A DNA stretch of 64,000 bases, from NCBI GenBank assembly GCA_964016885.1, contig OZ024750.1:35836001-35900000 (forward strand). Direction: 5' to 3'. Positions within the stretch are counted from its first letter, which is position 1. The number at the start of each line of letters is the position of its first letter. The notes beneath the pieces were generated by a model. It had not been told where the DNA came from and searched no databases. It saw only the letters and a program-made list of their open reading frames with translations. Positions 18,301-34,400 of this stretch are shown here, piece after piece. Source of the DNA: Eledone cirrhosa (taxonomy: Eukaryota). Made by a program: the position numbers and the translations under genes.

Positions 18301-21300
18301 TGTTACTATATTATACAGTTACTATATTATACTGTTACTGTATTATACTGTTACTATATTATACAGTTACTATATTATACTGTTACTATATTATACAGTT
18401 ACTATATTATACAGTTACTATATTATACTGTTACTATATTATACTGTTACTATATTATACAGTTACTATATTATACTGTTACTATATTATACAGTTACTA
18501 TATTATACTGTTACTATATTATACTGTTACTATATTATACTGTTACTATATTATACAGTTACTATATTATACTGTTACTATATTATGTAGTTACTATATT
18601 ATACTGTTACTATATTATACTGTTACTATATTATGTAGTTACTATATTATACAGTTACTATATTATACAGTTACTATATTATACTGTTACTATATTATAC
18701 TGTTACTATATTATACTGTTACTATATTATGTAGTTACTATATTATACAGTTACTATATTATGTAGTTACTATATTATACTGTTACTATATTATGTAGTT
18801 ACTATATTATACAGTTCCTATATTATACAGTTACTATATTATACTGTTACTATATTATACAGTTACTATATTATACTGTTACTATATTATGTAGTTACTA
18901 TATTATACTGTTACTATATTATGTAGTTACTATATTATACAGTTACTATATTATATAGTTACTATATTATACAGTTACTATTTTATACAGTTACTATATT
19001 ATACTGTTACTATATTATACAGTTACTATACTATACTGTTACTATATTATACTGTTACTATATTACACTGTTACTATATTATACTGTTACTATATTATGT
19101 AGTTACTATATTATACAGTTACTATATTATATAGTTACTATATTATACAGTTACTATATTATACTGTTACTATATTATACAGTTACTATATTATACTGTT
19201 ACTATATTATTCTGTTACTATATTATACTGTTACTATATTATACTGTTACTATATTATGTAGTTACTATGTTATACAGTTACTATATTATACTGTTACTA
19301 TATTATACAGTTACTATATTATACAGTTACTATATTATACTGTTACTATATTATACGGTTACTATATTATACAGTTACTATATTATACAGTTACTATATT
19401 ATACAGTTACTATATTATACTGTTACTATATTATACAGTTACTATATTATACAGTTACTATATTATACTGTTACTATATTATGTAGTTACTATATTATAC
19501 AGTTACTATATTGTACTGTTACTATATTATACTGTTACTATATTATACTGTTACTATATTATACAGTTACTATATTATACGGTTACTATATTATACTGTT
19601 ACTATATTATGTAGTTACTATATCATACAGTTACTATATTATACTGTTACTATATTATACTCTTACTATATTATACAGTTACTATATTATACTGTTACTA
19701 TATTATACAGTTACTATATTATACAGTTACTATATTATACTGTTACTATATTATACAGTTACTATATTATACTGTTACTATATTATACTGTTACTATATT
19801 ATACAGTTACTATATTATACAGTTACTATATTATACAGTTACTATATTATACTGTTACTATATTATATTGTTACTATATTATACAGTTACTATATTATAC
19901 TGTTACTGTATTATACTGTTACTATATTATACAGTTACTATATTATACTGTTACTATATTATACAGTTACTATATTATACAGTTACTATATTATACTGTT
20001 ACTATATTATACTGTTACTATATTATACAGTTACTATATTATACTGTTACTATATTATACAGTTACTATATTATACTGTTACTATATTATACTGTTACTA
20101 TATTATACTGTTACTATATTATACAGTTACTATATTATACTGTTACTATATTATGTAGTTACTATATTATACTGTTACTATATTATACTGTTACTATATT
20201 ATGTAGTTACTATATTATACAGTTACTATATTATACAGTTACTATATTATACTGTTACTATATTATACTGTTACTATATTATACTGTTACTATATTATGT
20301 AGTTACTATATTATACAGTTACTATATTATGTAGTTACTATATTATACTGTTACTATATTATGTAGTTACTATATTATACAGTTACTATATTATACAGTT
20401 ACTATATTATACTGTTACTATATTATACAGTTACTATATTATACTGTTACTATATTATGTAGTTACTATATTATACTGTTACTATATTATGTAGTTACTA
20501 TATTATACAGTTACTATATTATACAGTTACTATATTATACAGTTACTATATTATACAGTTACTATATTATACTGTTACTATATTATACAGTTACTATATT
20601 ATACTGTTACTATATTATACTGTTACTATATTATACTGTTACTATATTATACTGTTACTATATTATGTAGTTACTATATTATACAGTTACTATATTATAC
20701 TGTTACTATATTATACAGTTACTATATTATACAGTTACTATATTATACTGTTACTATATTATACGGTTACTATATTATACAGTTACTATATTATACAGTT
20801 ACTATATTATACAGTTACTATATTATACTGTTACTATATTATACAGTTACTATATTATACAGTTACTATATTATACTGTTACTATATTATACTGTTACTA
20901 TATTATACTGTTACTATATGATACAGTTACTATATTATACGGTTACTATATTATACTGTTACTATATTAAGTAGTTACTATATCATACAGTTACTATATT
21001 ATACTGTTACTATATTATACTGTTACTATATTATACAGTTACTATATTATACTGTTACTATATTATACAGTTACTATATTATACAGTTACTATATTATAA
21101 AGTTACTATATTATACTGTTACTATATTATACAGTTACTATATTATACTGTTACTATATTATACTGTTACTATATTATACAGTTACTATATTATACAGTT
21201 ACTATATTATACAGTTACTATATTATACTGTTACTATATTATACAGTTACTATATTATACTGTTACTATATTATGTAGTTACTATATTATACTGTTACTA

Positions 21301-23900
21301 TATTATACTGTTACTATATTATGTAGTTACTATATTATACAGTTACTATATTATACAGTTACTATATTATACTGTTACTATATTATACTGTTACTATATT
21401 ATACTGTTACTATATTATGTAGTTACTATATTATACAGTTACTATATTATGTAGTTACTATATTATACTGTTACTATATTATGTAGTTACTATATTATAC
21501 AGTTCCTATATTATACAGTTACTATATTATACTGTTACTATATTATACAGTTACTATATTATACTGTTACTATATTATGTAGTTACTATATTATACTGTT
21601 ACTATATTATGTAGTTACTATATTATACAGTTACTATATTATATAGTTACTATATTATACAGTTACTATTTTATACAGTTACTATATTATACTGTTACTA
21701 TATTATACAGTTACTATACTATACTGTTACTATATTATACTGTTACTATATTACACTGTTACTATATTATACTGTTACTATATTATGTAGTTACTATATT
21801 ATACAGTTACTATATTATATAGTTACTATATTATACAGTTACTATATTATAATGTTACTATATTATACTGTTACTATATTATTCTGTTACTATATTATAC
21901 TGTTACTATATTATACTGTTACTATATTATGTAGTTACTATGTTATACAGTTACTATATTATACTGTTACTATATTATACAGTTACTATATTATACAGTT
22001 ACTATATTATACTGTTACTATATTATACGGTTACTATATTATACAGTTACTATATTATACAGTTACTATATTATACAGTTACTATATTATACTGTTACTA
22101 TATTATACAGTTACTATATTATACAGTTACTATATTATACTGTTACTATATTATGTAGTTACTATATTATACAGTTACTATATTGTACTGTTACTATATT
22201 ATACTGTTACTATATTATACTGTTACTATATTATACAGTTACTATATTATACGGTTACTATATTAAACTGTTACTATATTATGTAGTTACTATATCATAC
22301 AGTTACTATATTATACTGTTACTATATTATACTCTTACTATATTATACAGTTACTATATTATACTGTTACTATATTATACAGTTACTATATTATACAGTT
22401 ACTATATTATACTGTTACTATATTATACAGTTACTATATTATACTGTTACTATATTATACTGTTACTATATTATACAGTTACTATATTATACAGTTACTA
22501 TATTATACAGTTACTATATTATACTGTTACTATATTATACTGTTACTATATTATACAGTTACTATATTATACTGTTACTGTATTATACTGTTACTATATT
22601 ATACAGTTACTATATTATACTGTTACTATATTATACAGTTACTATATTATACAGTTACTATATTATACTGTTACTATATTATACTGTTACTATATTATAC
22701 AGTTACTATATTATACTGTTACTATATTATACAGTTACTATATTATACTGTTACTATATTATACTGTTACTATATTATACTGTTACTATATTATACAGTT
22801 ACTATATTATACTGTTACAATATTATGTAGTTACTATATTATACTGTTACTATATTATACTGTTACTATATTATGTAGTTACTATATTATACAGTTACTA
22901 TATTATACAGTTACTATATTATACTGTTACTATATTATACTGTTACTATATTATACTGTTACTATATTATGTAGTTACTATATTATACAGTTACTATATT
23001 ATGTAGTTACTATATTATACTGTTACTATATTATGTAGTTACTATATTATACAGTTCCTATATTATACAGTTACTATATTATACTGTTACTATATTATAC
23101 AGTTACTATATTATACTGTTACTATATTATGTAGTTACTATATTATACTGTTACTATATTATGTAGTTACTATATTATACAGTTACTATATTATATAGTT
23201 ACTATATTATACAGTTACTATATTATACAGTTACTATATTATACTGTTACTATATTATACAGTTACTATACTATACTGTTACTATATTATACTGTTACTA
23301 TATTATACTGTTACTATATTATACTGTTACTATATTATGTAGTTACTATATTATACAGTTACTATATTATACTGTTACTATATTATACAGTTACTATATT
23401 ATACAGTTACTATATTATACTGTTACTATATTATACGGTTACTATATTATACAGTTACTATATTATACAGTTACTATATTATACAGTTACTATATTATAC
23501 TGTTACTATATTATACAGTTACTATATTATACAGTTACTATATTATACTGTTACTATATTATACTGTTACTATATTATACTGTTACTATATGATACAGTT
23601 ACTATATTATACGGTTACTATATTATACTGTTACTATATTAAGTAGTTACTATATCATACAGTTACTATATTATACTGTTACTATATTATACTGTTACTA
23701 TATTATACAGTTACTATATTATACTGTTACTATATTATACAGTTACTATATTATACAGTTACTATATTATAAAGTTACTATATTATACTGTTACTATATT
23801 ATACAGTTACTATATTATACTGTTACTATATTATACTGTTACTATATTATACAGTTACTATATTATACAGTTACTATATTATACAGTTACTATATTATAC
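9316..23900 (+). repeat. Irregular higher-order repeat with a basic period of 1568 bp (98 monomers) and composite periods such as 3968 bp
   Basis: Marker TATGTTATAC recurs at about 4952, 9316, 10996, 12564, 13732, 15300, 19268 and 21940. In most copies it is followed by the same series of rare monomers (ACGGTT, ATTGTACT, TATCATAC, ACTCTT, GTTCCTA). Offsets: 10996-12564, 13732-15300 and 17943-19511 are 1568; 15300-19268 is 3968. Confidence 0.85.
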
Positions 23901-25276
23901 TGTTACTATATTATACTGTTACTATATTATACAGTTACTATATTATACAGTTACTATATTATACTGTTACTATATTATACTGTTACTATATTATACTGTT
24001 ACTATATTATACTGTTACTATATTATACAGTTACTATATTATACTGTTACTATATTATACAGTTACTATATTATACTGTTACTATATTATACTGTTACTA
24101 TATTATGTAGTTACTATATTATACTGTTACTATATTATGTAGTTACTATATTATACAGTTACTATATTATACAGTTACTATATTATACTGTTACTATATT
24201 ATGTAGTTACTATATTATACTGTTACTATATTATGTAGTTACTATATTATACAGTTACTATATTATACAGTAACTATTTTATACAGTTACTATATTATAC
24301 TGTTACTATATTATACAGTTACTATATTATACAGTTACTATATTATACTGTTACTATATTATACGGTTACTATATTATACTGTTACTATATTATGTAGTT
24401 ACTATATCATACAGTTACTATATTATACTGTTACTATATTATACAGTTACTATATTATACTGTTACTATATTATACAGTTAATATATTATACAGTTACTA
24501 TATTATACAGTTACTATATTATACTGTTACTATATTATACAGTTACTGTATTATACTGTTACTATATTATACTGTTACTATATTATACAGTTACTATATT
24601 ATACAGTTACTATATTATACAGTTACTATATTATACTGTTCCTATATTATACAGTTACTATATTATACTGTTACTATATTACACTGTTACTATATTATAC
24701 TGTTACTATATTATACTGTTACTATATTATACAGTTACTATATTATACTGTTACTATATTATACAGTTACTATATTATACTGTTACTATATTATACAGTT
24801 ACTATATTATACTGTTACTATATTATACTGTTACTATATTATGTAGTTACTATATTATACTGTTACTATATTATGTAGTTACTATATTATACAGTTACTA
24901 TATTATACAGTTACTATATTATACAGTTACTATATTATACTGTTACTATATTATACAGTTACTATATTATACTGTTACTATATTATACAGTTACTATATT
25001 ATACTGTTACTATATTATACAGTTACTATATTATACTGTTACTATATTATACAGTTACTATATTATACAGTTAATATATTATACTGTTACTATATTATAC
25101 TGTTACTATATTATACAGTTACTATATTATACTGTTACTATATTATACTGTTACTATATTATACAGTTACTATATTATACTGTTACTATATTATGTAGTT
25201 ACTATATTATACTGTTACTATATTATGTAGTTACTATATTATACTGTTACTATATTATGTAGTTACTATATTATAC

Positions 25277-25476
25277 NNNNNNNNNNNNNNNNNNNNNNNN
25301 NNNNNNNNNNNNNNNNNNNNNNNNNNNNNNNNNNNNNNNNNNNNNNNNNNNNNNNNNNNNNNNNNNNNNNNNNNNNNNNNNNNNNNNNNNNNNNNNNNNN
25401 NNNNNNNNNNNNNNNNNNNNNNNNNNNNNNNNNNNNNNNNNNNNNNNNNNNNNNNNNNNNNNNNNNNNNNNNNNNN
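25277..25476. other. Assembly gap (200 N)
   Basis: Run of exactly 200 N. A round fixed size suggests a scaffolding placeholder of unknown true length. Confidence 0.99.
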
Positions 25477-28400
25477 TATACTGTTACTATATTATACAAG
25501 TACTATATTATACTGTTACTATATTATACTGTTACTATATTATACTGTTACTATATTATGTGGTTACTATATTATGTAGTTACTATATTATACTGTTACT
25601 ATATTATACAGTTACTATATTATACTGTTACTATATTATACAGTTACTATATTATACAGTTGCTATATTATACAGTTACTATATTATACAGTTACTATAT
25701 TATACTGTTACTATATTATACAGTTACTATATTATACAGTTACTATATTATACTGTTACTATATTATACAGTTACTATATTATGTAGTTACTATATTATA
25801 CTGTTACTATATTATACTGTTACTATATTATACTGTTACTATATTATACAGTTACTATATTATACAGTTACTATATTATACTGTTACTATATTATACAGT
25901 TACTATATTATACTGTTACTATATTATACAGTTACTATATTATACTGTTACTATATTATACTATTACTATATTATACTGTTACTATATTATACTGTTACT
26001 ATATTATACTGTTACTATATTATACAGTTACTATATTATACTGTTACTATATTATGTAGTTACTATATTATACTGTTACTATATTATACTGTTACTATAT
26101 TATACTGTTACTATATTATACTGTTACTATATTATGTAGTTACTATATTATGTTGTTACTATATTATACTGTTACTATATTATACAGTTACTATATTATA
26201 CTGTTACTATATTATACAGTTACTATATTATACTGTTACTATATTATACAGTTACTATATTATGTAGTTACTATATTATACTGTTACTATATTATACAGT
26301 TACTATATTATGTAGTTACTATATTATACTGTTACTATATTATGTAGTTACTATATTATGTAGTTACTATATTATACTGTTACTATATTATACAGTTACT
26401 ATATTATGTAGTTACTATATTATACTGTTACTATATTATGAAGTTACTATATTATGTAGTTACTATATTATACTGTTACTATATTATGTAGTTACTATAT
26501 TATGTAGTTACTATATTATACTGTTACTATATTATACAGTTACTATATTATGTAGTTACTATATTATACTGTTACTATATTATGTAATTACTATATTATA
26601 CTGTTACTATATTATACAGTTACTATATTATACAGTTACTATATTATACTGTTACTATATTATACTGTTACTATATTATGTAGTTACTATATTATACTGT
26701 TACTATATTATACAGTTACTATATTATGTAGTTACTATATTATACTGTTACTATATTATGTAGTTGCTATATTATACAGTTACTATATTATACAGTTACT
26801 ATATTATACAGTTACTATATTATACTGTTACCATATTATACAGTTACTATATTATACTGTTACTATATTATACAGTTACTATATTATACTGTTACTATAT
26901 TATACAGTCTATATATTATGCTGTTACTATATTATACAGTTACTATATTATACAGTTACTATATTATACTGTTACTATATTATAATGTTACTATATTATA
27001 CAGTTACTATATTATACTGTTACTATATTATACTGTTACTATATTATACAGTTACTATATTATACTGTTAATATATTATGTAGTTACTATATTATACTGT
27101 TACTATATTATGTAGTTACTATATTATACTGTTACTATATTATGTAGTTACTATATTATACAGTTACTATATTATACAGTTACTATATTATACTGTTACT
27201 ATATTATACTGTTACTATATTATACTGTTACTATATTATGTAGTTACTATATTATACAGTTACTATATTATGTAGTTACTATATTATACTGTTACTATAT
27301 TATGTAGTTACTATATTATACAGTTACTATATTATACAGTTACTATATTATACTGTTACTATATTATACAGTTACTATATTATACTGTTACTATATTATG
27401 TAGTTACTATATTATACTGTTACTATATTATGTAGTTACGATATTATACAGTTACTATATTATATAGTTACTATATTATACAGTTACTATATTATACAGT
27501 TACTATATTATACTGTTACTATATTATACAGTTACTATATTATACTGTTACTATATTATACTGTTACTATATTATACTGTTACTATATGATACTGTTACT
27601 ATATTATGTAGTTACTATATTATACAGTTACTATATTATACTGTTACTATATTATACAGTTACTATATTATACAGTTACTATATTATACTGTTACTATAT
27701 TATACGGTTACTATATTATACAGTTACTATATTATACAGTTACTATATTATACTGTTACTATATTATACAGTTACTATATTATGTAGTTACTATATTATA
27801 CTGTTACTATATTATACTGTTACTATATTATACTGTTACAATATTATACAAGTACTATATTATACTGTTACTATATTATACTGTTACTATATTATACTGT
27901 TACTATATTATGTGGTTACTATATTATGTAGTTACTATATTATACTGTTACTATATTATACAGTTACTATATTATACTGTTACTATATTATACAGTTACT
28001 ATATTATACAGTTGCTATATTATACAGTTACTATATTATACAGTTACTATATTATACTGTTACTATATTATACAGTTACTATATTATACAGTTACTATAT
28101 TATACTGTTACTATATTATACAGTTACTATATTATGTAGTTACTATATTATACTGTTACTATATTATACTGTTACTATATTATACTGTTACTATATTATA
28201 CAGTTACTATATTATACAGTTACTATATTATACTGTTACTATATTATACAGTTACTATATTATACTGTTACTATATTATACAGTTACTATATTATACTGT
28301 TACTATATTATACTATTACTATATTATACTGTTACTATATTATACTGTTACTATATTATACTGTTACTATATTATACAGTTACTATATTATACTGTTACT

Positions 28401-31400
28401 ATATTATGTAGTTACTATATTATACTGTTACTATATTATACTGTTACTATATTATACTGTTACTATATTATACTGTTACTATATTATGTAGTTACTATAT
28501 TATATTGTTACTATATTATACTGTTACTATATTATACAGTTACTATATTATACTGTTACTATATTATACTATTACTATATTATACTGTTACTATATTATA
28601 CTGTTACTATATTATACTGTTACTATATTATACAGTTACTATATTATACTGTTACTATATTATGTAGTTACTATATTATACTGTTACTATATTATACTGT
28701 TACTATATTATACTGTTACTATATTATGTAGTTACTATATTATATTGTTACTATATTATACTGTTACTATATTATACAGTTACTATATTATACTGTTACT
28801 ATATTATGTAGTTACTATATTATACAGTTACTATATTATACAGTTACTATATTATACTGTTACTATATTATACAGTTACTATATTATACAGTTACTATAT
28901 TATACTGTTACTATATTATACAGTTACTATATTATGTAGTTACTATATTATACTGTTACTATATTATACTGTTACTATATTATACAGTTACTATATTATA
29001 CTGTTACTATATTATACTGTTACTATATTATACTGTTACTATATTATACTGTTACTATATTATGTAGTTACTATATTATACAGTTACTATATTATACTGT
29101 TACTATATTATACAGTTACTATATTATACAGTTACTATATTATACTGTTACTATATTATACGGTTACTATATTATACAGTTACTATATTATACACTTACT
29201 ATATTATACTGTTACTATATTATACAGTTACTATATTATGTAGTTACTATATTATACTGTTACTATATTATACTGTTACTATATTATACTGTTACAATAT
29301 TATACAAGTACTATATTATACTGTTACTATATTATACTGTTACTATATTATACTGTTACTATATTATGTAGTTACTATATTATGTAGTTACTATATTATA
29401 CTGTTACTATATTATACAGTTACTATATTATACTGTTACTATATTATACAGTTACTTTATTATACAGTTGCTATATTATACAGTTACTATATTATACAGT
29501 TACTATATTATACAGTTACTATATTATACTGTTACTATATTATACAATTACTATATTATACAGTTACTATATTATACTGTTACTATATTATACAGTTACT
29601 ATATTATGTAGTTACTATATTATACTGTTACTATATTATACTGTTACTATATTATACTGTTACTATATTATACAGTTACTATATTATACAGTTACTATAT
29701 TATACTGTTACTATATTATACAGTTACTATATTATACTGTTACTATATTATACAGTTACTATATTATACTGTTACTATATTATACTATTACTATATTATA
29801 CTGTTACTATATTATACTGTTACTATATTATACTGTTACTATATTATACAGTTACTATATTATACTGTTACTATATTATGTAGTTACTATATTATACTGT
29901 TACTATATTATACTGTTACTATATTATACTGTTACTATATTATACTGTTACTATATTATGTAGTTACTATATTATATTGTTACTATATTTTACTGTTACT
30001 ATATTATACAGTTACTATATTATACTGTTACTATATTATACAGTTACTATATTATACTGTTACTATATTATACAGTTACTATATTATGTAGTTACTATAT
30101 TATACTGTTACTATATTATACAGTTACTATATTATGTAGTTACTATATTATACTGTTACTATATTATGTAGTTACTATATTATGTAGTTACTATATTATA
30201 CTGTTACTATATTATACAGTTACTATATTATGTAGTTACTATATTATACTGTTACTATATTATGAAGTTACTATATTATGTAGTTACTATATTATACTGT
30301 TACTATATTATGTAGTTACTATATTATGTAGTTACTATATTATACTGTTACTATATTATACAGTTACTATATTATGTAGTTACTATATTATACTGTTACT
30401 ATATTATGTAGTTACTATATTATACTGTTACTATATTATACAGTTACTATATTATACAGTTACTATATTATACTGTTACTATATTATACTGTTACTATAT
30501 TATGTAGTTACTATATTATACTGTTACTATATTATACAGTTACTATATTATACTGTTACTATATTATACTGTTACTATATTATACTGTTACTATATTATA
30601 CAGTTACTATATTATGTAGTTACTATATTATACTGTTACTATATTATGTAGTTGCTATATTATACAGTTACTATATTATACAGTTACTATATTATACAGT
30701 TACTATATTATACTGTTACTATATTATACAGTTACTATATTATACTGTTACTATATTATACAGTTACTATATTATACTGTTACTATATTATACAGTTACT
30801 ATATTATACAGTTACTATATTATACTGTTACTATATTATACTGTTACTATATTATACAGTTACTATATTATACTGTTACTATATTATACTGTTACTATAT
30901 TATACAGTTACTATATTATACTGTTACTATATTATGTAGTTACTATATTATACTGTTACTATATTATGTAGTTACTATATTATACTGTTACTATATTATG
31001 TAGTTACTATATTATACAGTTACTATATTATACAGTTACTATATTATACAGTTACTATATTATACAGTTACTATATTATACTGTTACTATATTATACTGT
31101 TACTATATTATGTAGTTACTATATTATACTGTTACTATATTATACAGTTACTATATTATACTGTTACTATATTATACTGTTACTATATTATACTGTTACT
31201 ATATTATACAGTTACTATATTATGTAGTTACTATATTATACTGTTACTATATTATGTAGTTGCTATATTATACAGTTACTATATTATACAGTTACTATAT
31301 TATACAGTTACTATATTATACTGTTACTATATTATACAGTTACTATATTATACTGTTACTATATTATACAGTTACTATATTATACTGTTACTATATTATA

Positions 31401-34400
31401 CAGTTACTATATTATACTGTTACTATATTATACAGTTACTATATTATACAGTTACTATATTATACTGTTACTATATTATACTGTTACTATATTATACAGT
31501 TACTATATTATACTGTTACTATATTATACTGTTACTATATTATACAGTTACTATATTATACTGTTACTATATTATGTAGTTACTATATTATACTGTTACT
31601 ATATTATGTAGTTACTATATTATACTGTTACTATATTATGTAGTTACTATATTATACAGTTACTATATTATACAGTTACTATATTATACTGTTACTATAT
31701 TATACTGTTACTATATTATACTGTTACTATATTATGTAGTTACTATATTATACAGTTACTATATTATGTAGTTACTATATTATACTGTTACTATATTATG
31801 TAGTTACTATATTATACAGTTACTATATTATACAGTTACTATATTATACTGTTACTATATTATACAGTTACTATATTATACTGTTACTATATTATGTAGT
31901 TACTATATTATACTGTTACTATATTATGTAGTTACTATATTATACAGTTACTATATTATATAGTTACTATATTATACAGTTACTATATTATACAGTTACT
32001 ATATTATACTGTTACTATATTATACAGTTACTATATTATACTGTTACTATATTATACTGTTACTATATTATACTGTTACTATATGATACTGTTACTATAT
32101 TATGTAGTTACTATATTATACAGTTACTATATTATACTGTTACTATATTATACAGTTACTATATTATACAGTTACTATATTATACTGTTACTATATTATA
32201 CGGTTACTATATTATACAGTTACTATATTATACAGTTACTATATTATACTGTTACTATATTATACAGTTACTATATTATGTAGTTACTATATTATACTGT
32301 TACTATATTATACTGTTACTATATTATACTGTTACAATATTATACAAGTACTATATTATACTGTTACTATATTATACTGTTACTATATTATACTGTTACT
32401 ATATTATGTAGTTACTATATTATGTAGTTACTATATTATACTGTTACTATATTATACAGTTACTATATTATACTGTTACTATATTATACAGTTACTATAT
32501 TATACAGTTGCTATATTATACAGTTACTATATTATACAGTTACTATATTATACTGTTACTATATTATACAGTTACTATATTATACAGTTACTATATTATA
32601 CTGTTACTATATTATACAGTTACTATATTATGTAGTTACTATATTATACTGTTACTATATTATACAGTTACTATATTATACTGTTACTATATTATACTGT
32701 TACTATATTATACAGTTACTATATTATGTAGTTACTATATTATACTGTTACTATATTATGTAGTTGCTATATTATACAGTTACTATATTATACAGTTACT
32801 ATATTATACAGTTACTATATTATACTGTTACTATATTATACAGTTACTATATTATACTGTTACTATATTATACAGTTACTATATTATACTGTTACTATAT
32901 TATACAGTTACTATATTATACTGTTACTATATTATACAGTTACTATATTATACAGTTACTATATTATACTGTTACTATATTATACTGTTACTATATTATA
33001 CAGTTACTATATTATACTGTTACTATATTATACTGTTACTATATTATACAGTTACTATATTATACTGTTTCTATATTATGTAGTTACTATATTATACTGT
33101 TACTATATTATGTAGTTACTATATTATACTGTTACTATATTATGTAGTTACTATATTATACAGTTACTATATTATACAGTTACTATATTATACTGTTACC
33201 CATATTATACTGTTACTATATTATACTGTTACTATATTATGTAGTTACTATATTATACAGTTACTATATTATGTAGTTACTATATTATACTGTTACTATA
33301 TTATGTAGTTACTATATTGTACAGTTACTATATTATACAGTTACTATATTATACTGTTACTATATTATACAGTTACTATATTATACTGTTACTATATTAT
33401 GTAGTTACTATATTATACTGTTACTATATTATGTAGTTACTATATTATACAGTTACTATATTATATAGTTACTATATTATACAGTTACTATATTATACAA
33501 TTACTATATTATACTGTTACTATATTATACAGTTACTATATTATACTGTTACTATATTATACTGTTACTATATTATACTGTTACTATATTATACTGTTAC
33601 TATATTATGTAGTTACTATATTATACAGTTACTATATTATACTGTTACTATATTATACAGTTACTATATTATACAGTTACTATATTATATTGTTACTATA
33701 TTATACGGTTACTATATTATACAGTTACTATATTATACAGTTACTATATTATACTGTTACTATATTGTACAGTTACTATATTATACAGTTACTATATTAT
33801 ACTGTTACTATATTATGTAGTTACTATATTATACAGTTACTATATTATACTGTTACTATATTATACTGTTACTATATTATACTGTTACTATATTATACAG
33901 TTACTATATTATACTGTTACTATATTATACTGTTACTATATTATACAGTTACTATATTATACTGTTACTATATTATGTAGTTACTATATTATACTGTTAC
34001 TATATTATACAGTTACTATATTATACTGTTACTATATTATACAGTTACTATATTATACAGTTACTATATTATACAGTTACTATATTATACAGTTACTATA
34101 TTATACAGTTACTATATTATACTGTTACTATATTATACAGTTACTATATTATGTAGTTACTATATTATACTGTTACTATATTATACTGTTACTATATTAT
34201 ACTGTTACAATATTATACAAGTACTATATTATACTGTTACTATATTATACTGTTACTATATTATACTGTTACTATATTATGTAGTTACTATATTATGTAG
34301 TTACTATATTATACTGTTACTATATTATACAGTTACTATATTATACTGTTACTATATTATACAGTTACTATATTATACAGTTGCTATATTATACAGTTAC

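Larger units (their letters stand above)
1..25276 (+). repeat. 16-bp tandem satellite, consensus GTTACTATATTAT(ACT/ACA/GTA); domain 1 (left of the gap)
   Basis: GTTAC recurs every 16 bp. Register is position mod 16 = 6 at 6 and 3030, 2 at 3090 and 7266, and 14 at 7326 and 25262. The only net phase changes over 25 kb are therefore the -4 shifts at the two inverted tracts. Confidence 0.99.

Noticed and set aside
25266-25499. Minus-strand 77-aa ORF
   Set aside because: It consists almost entirely of the N gap.
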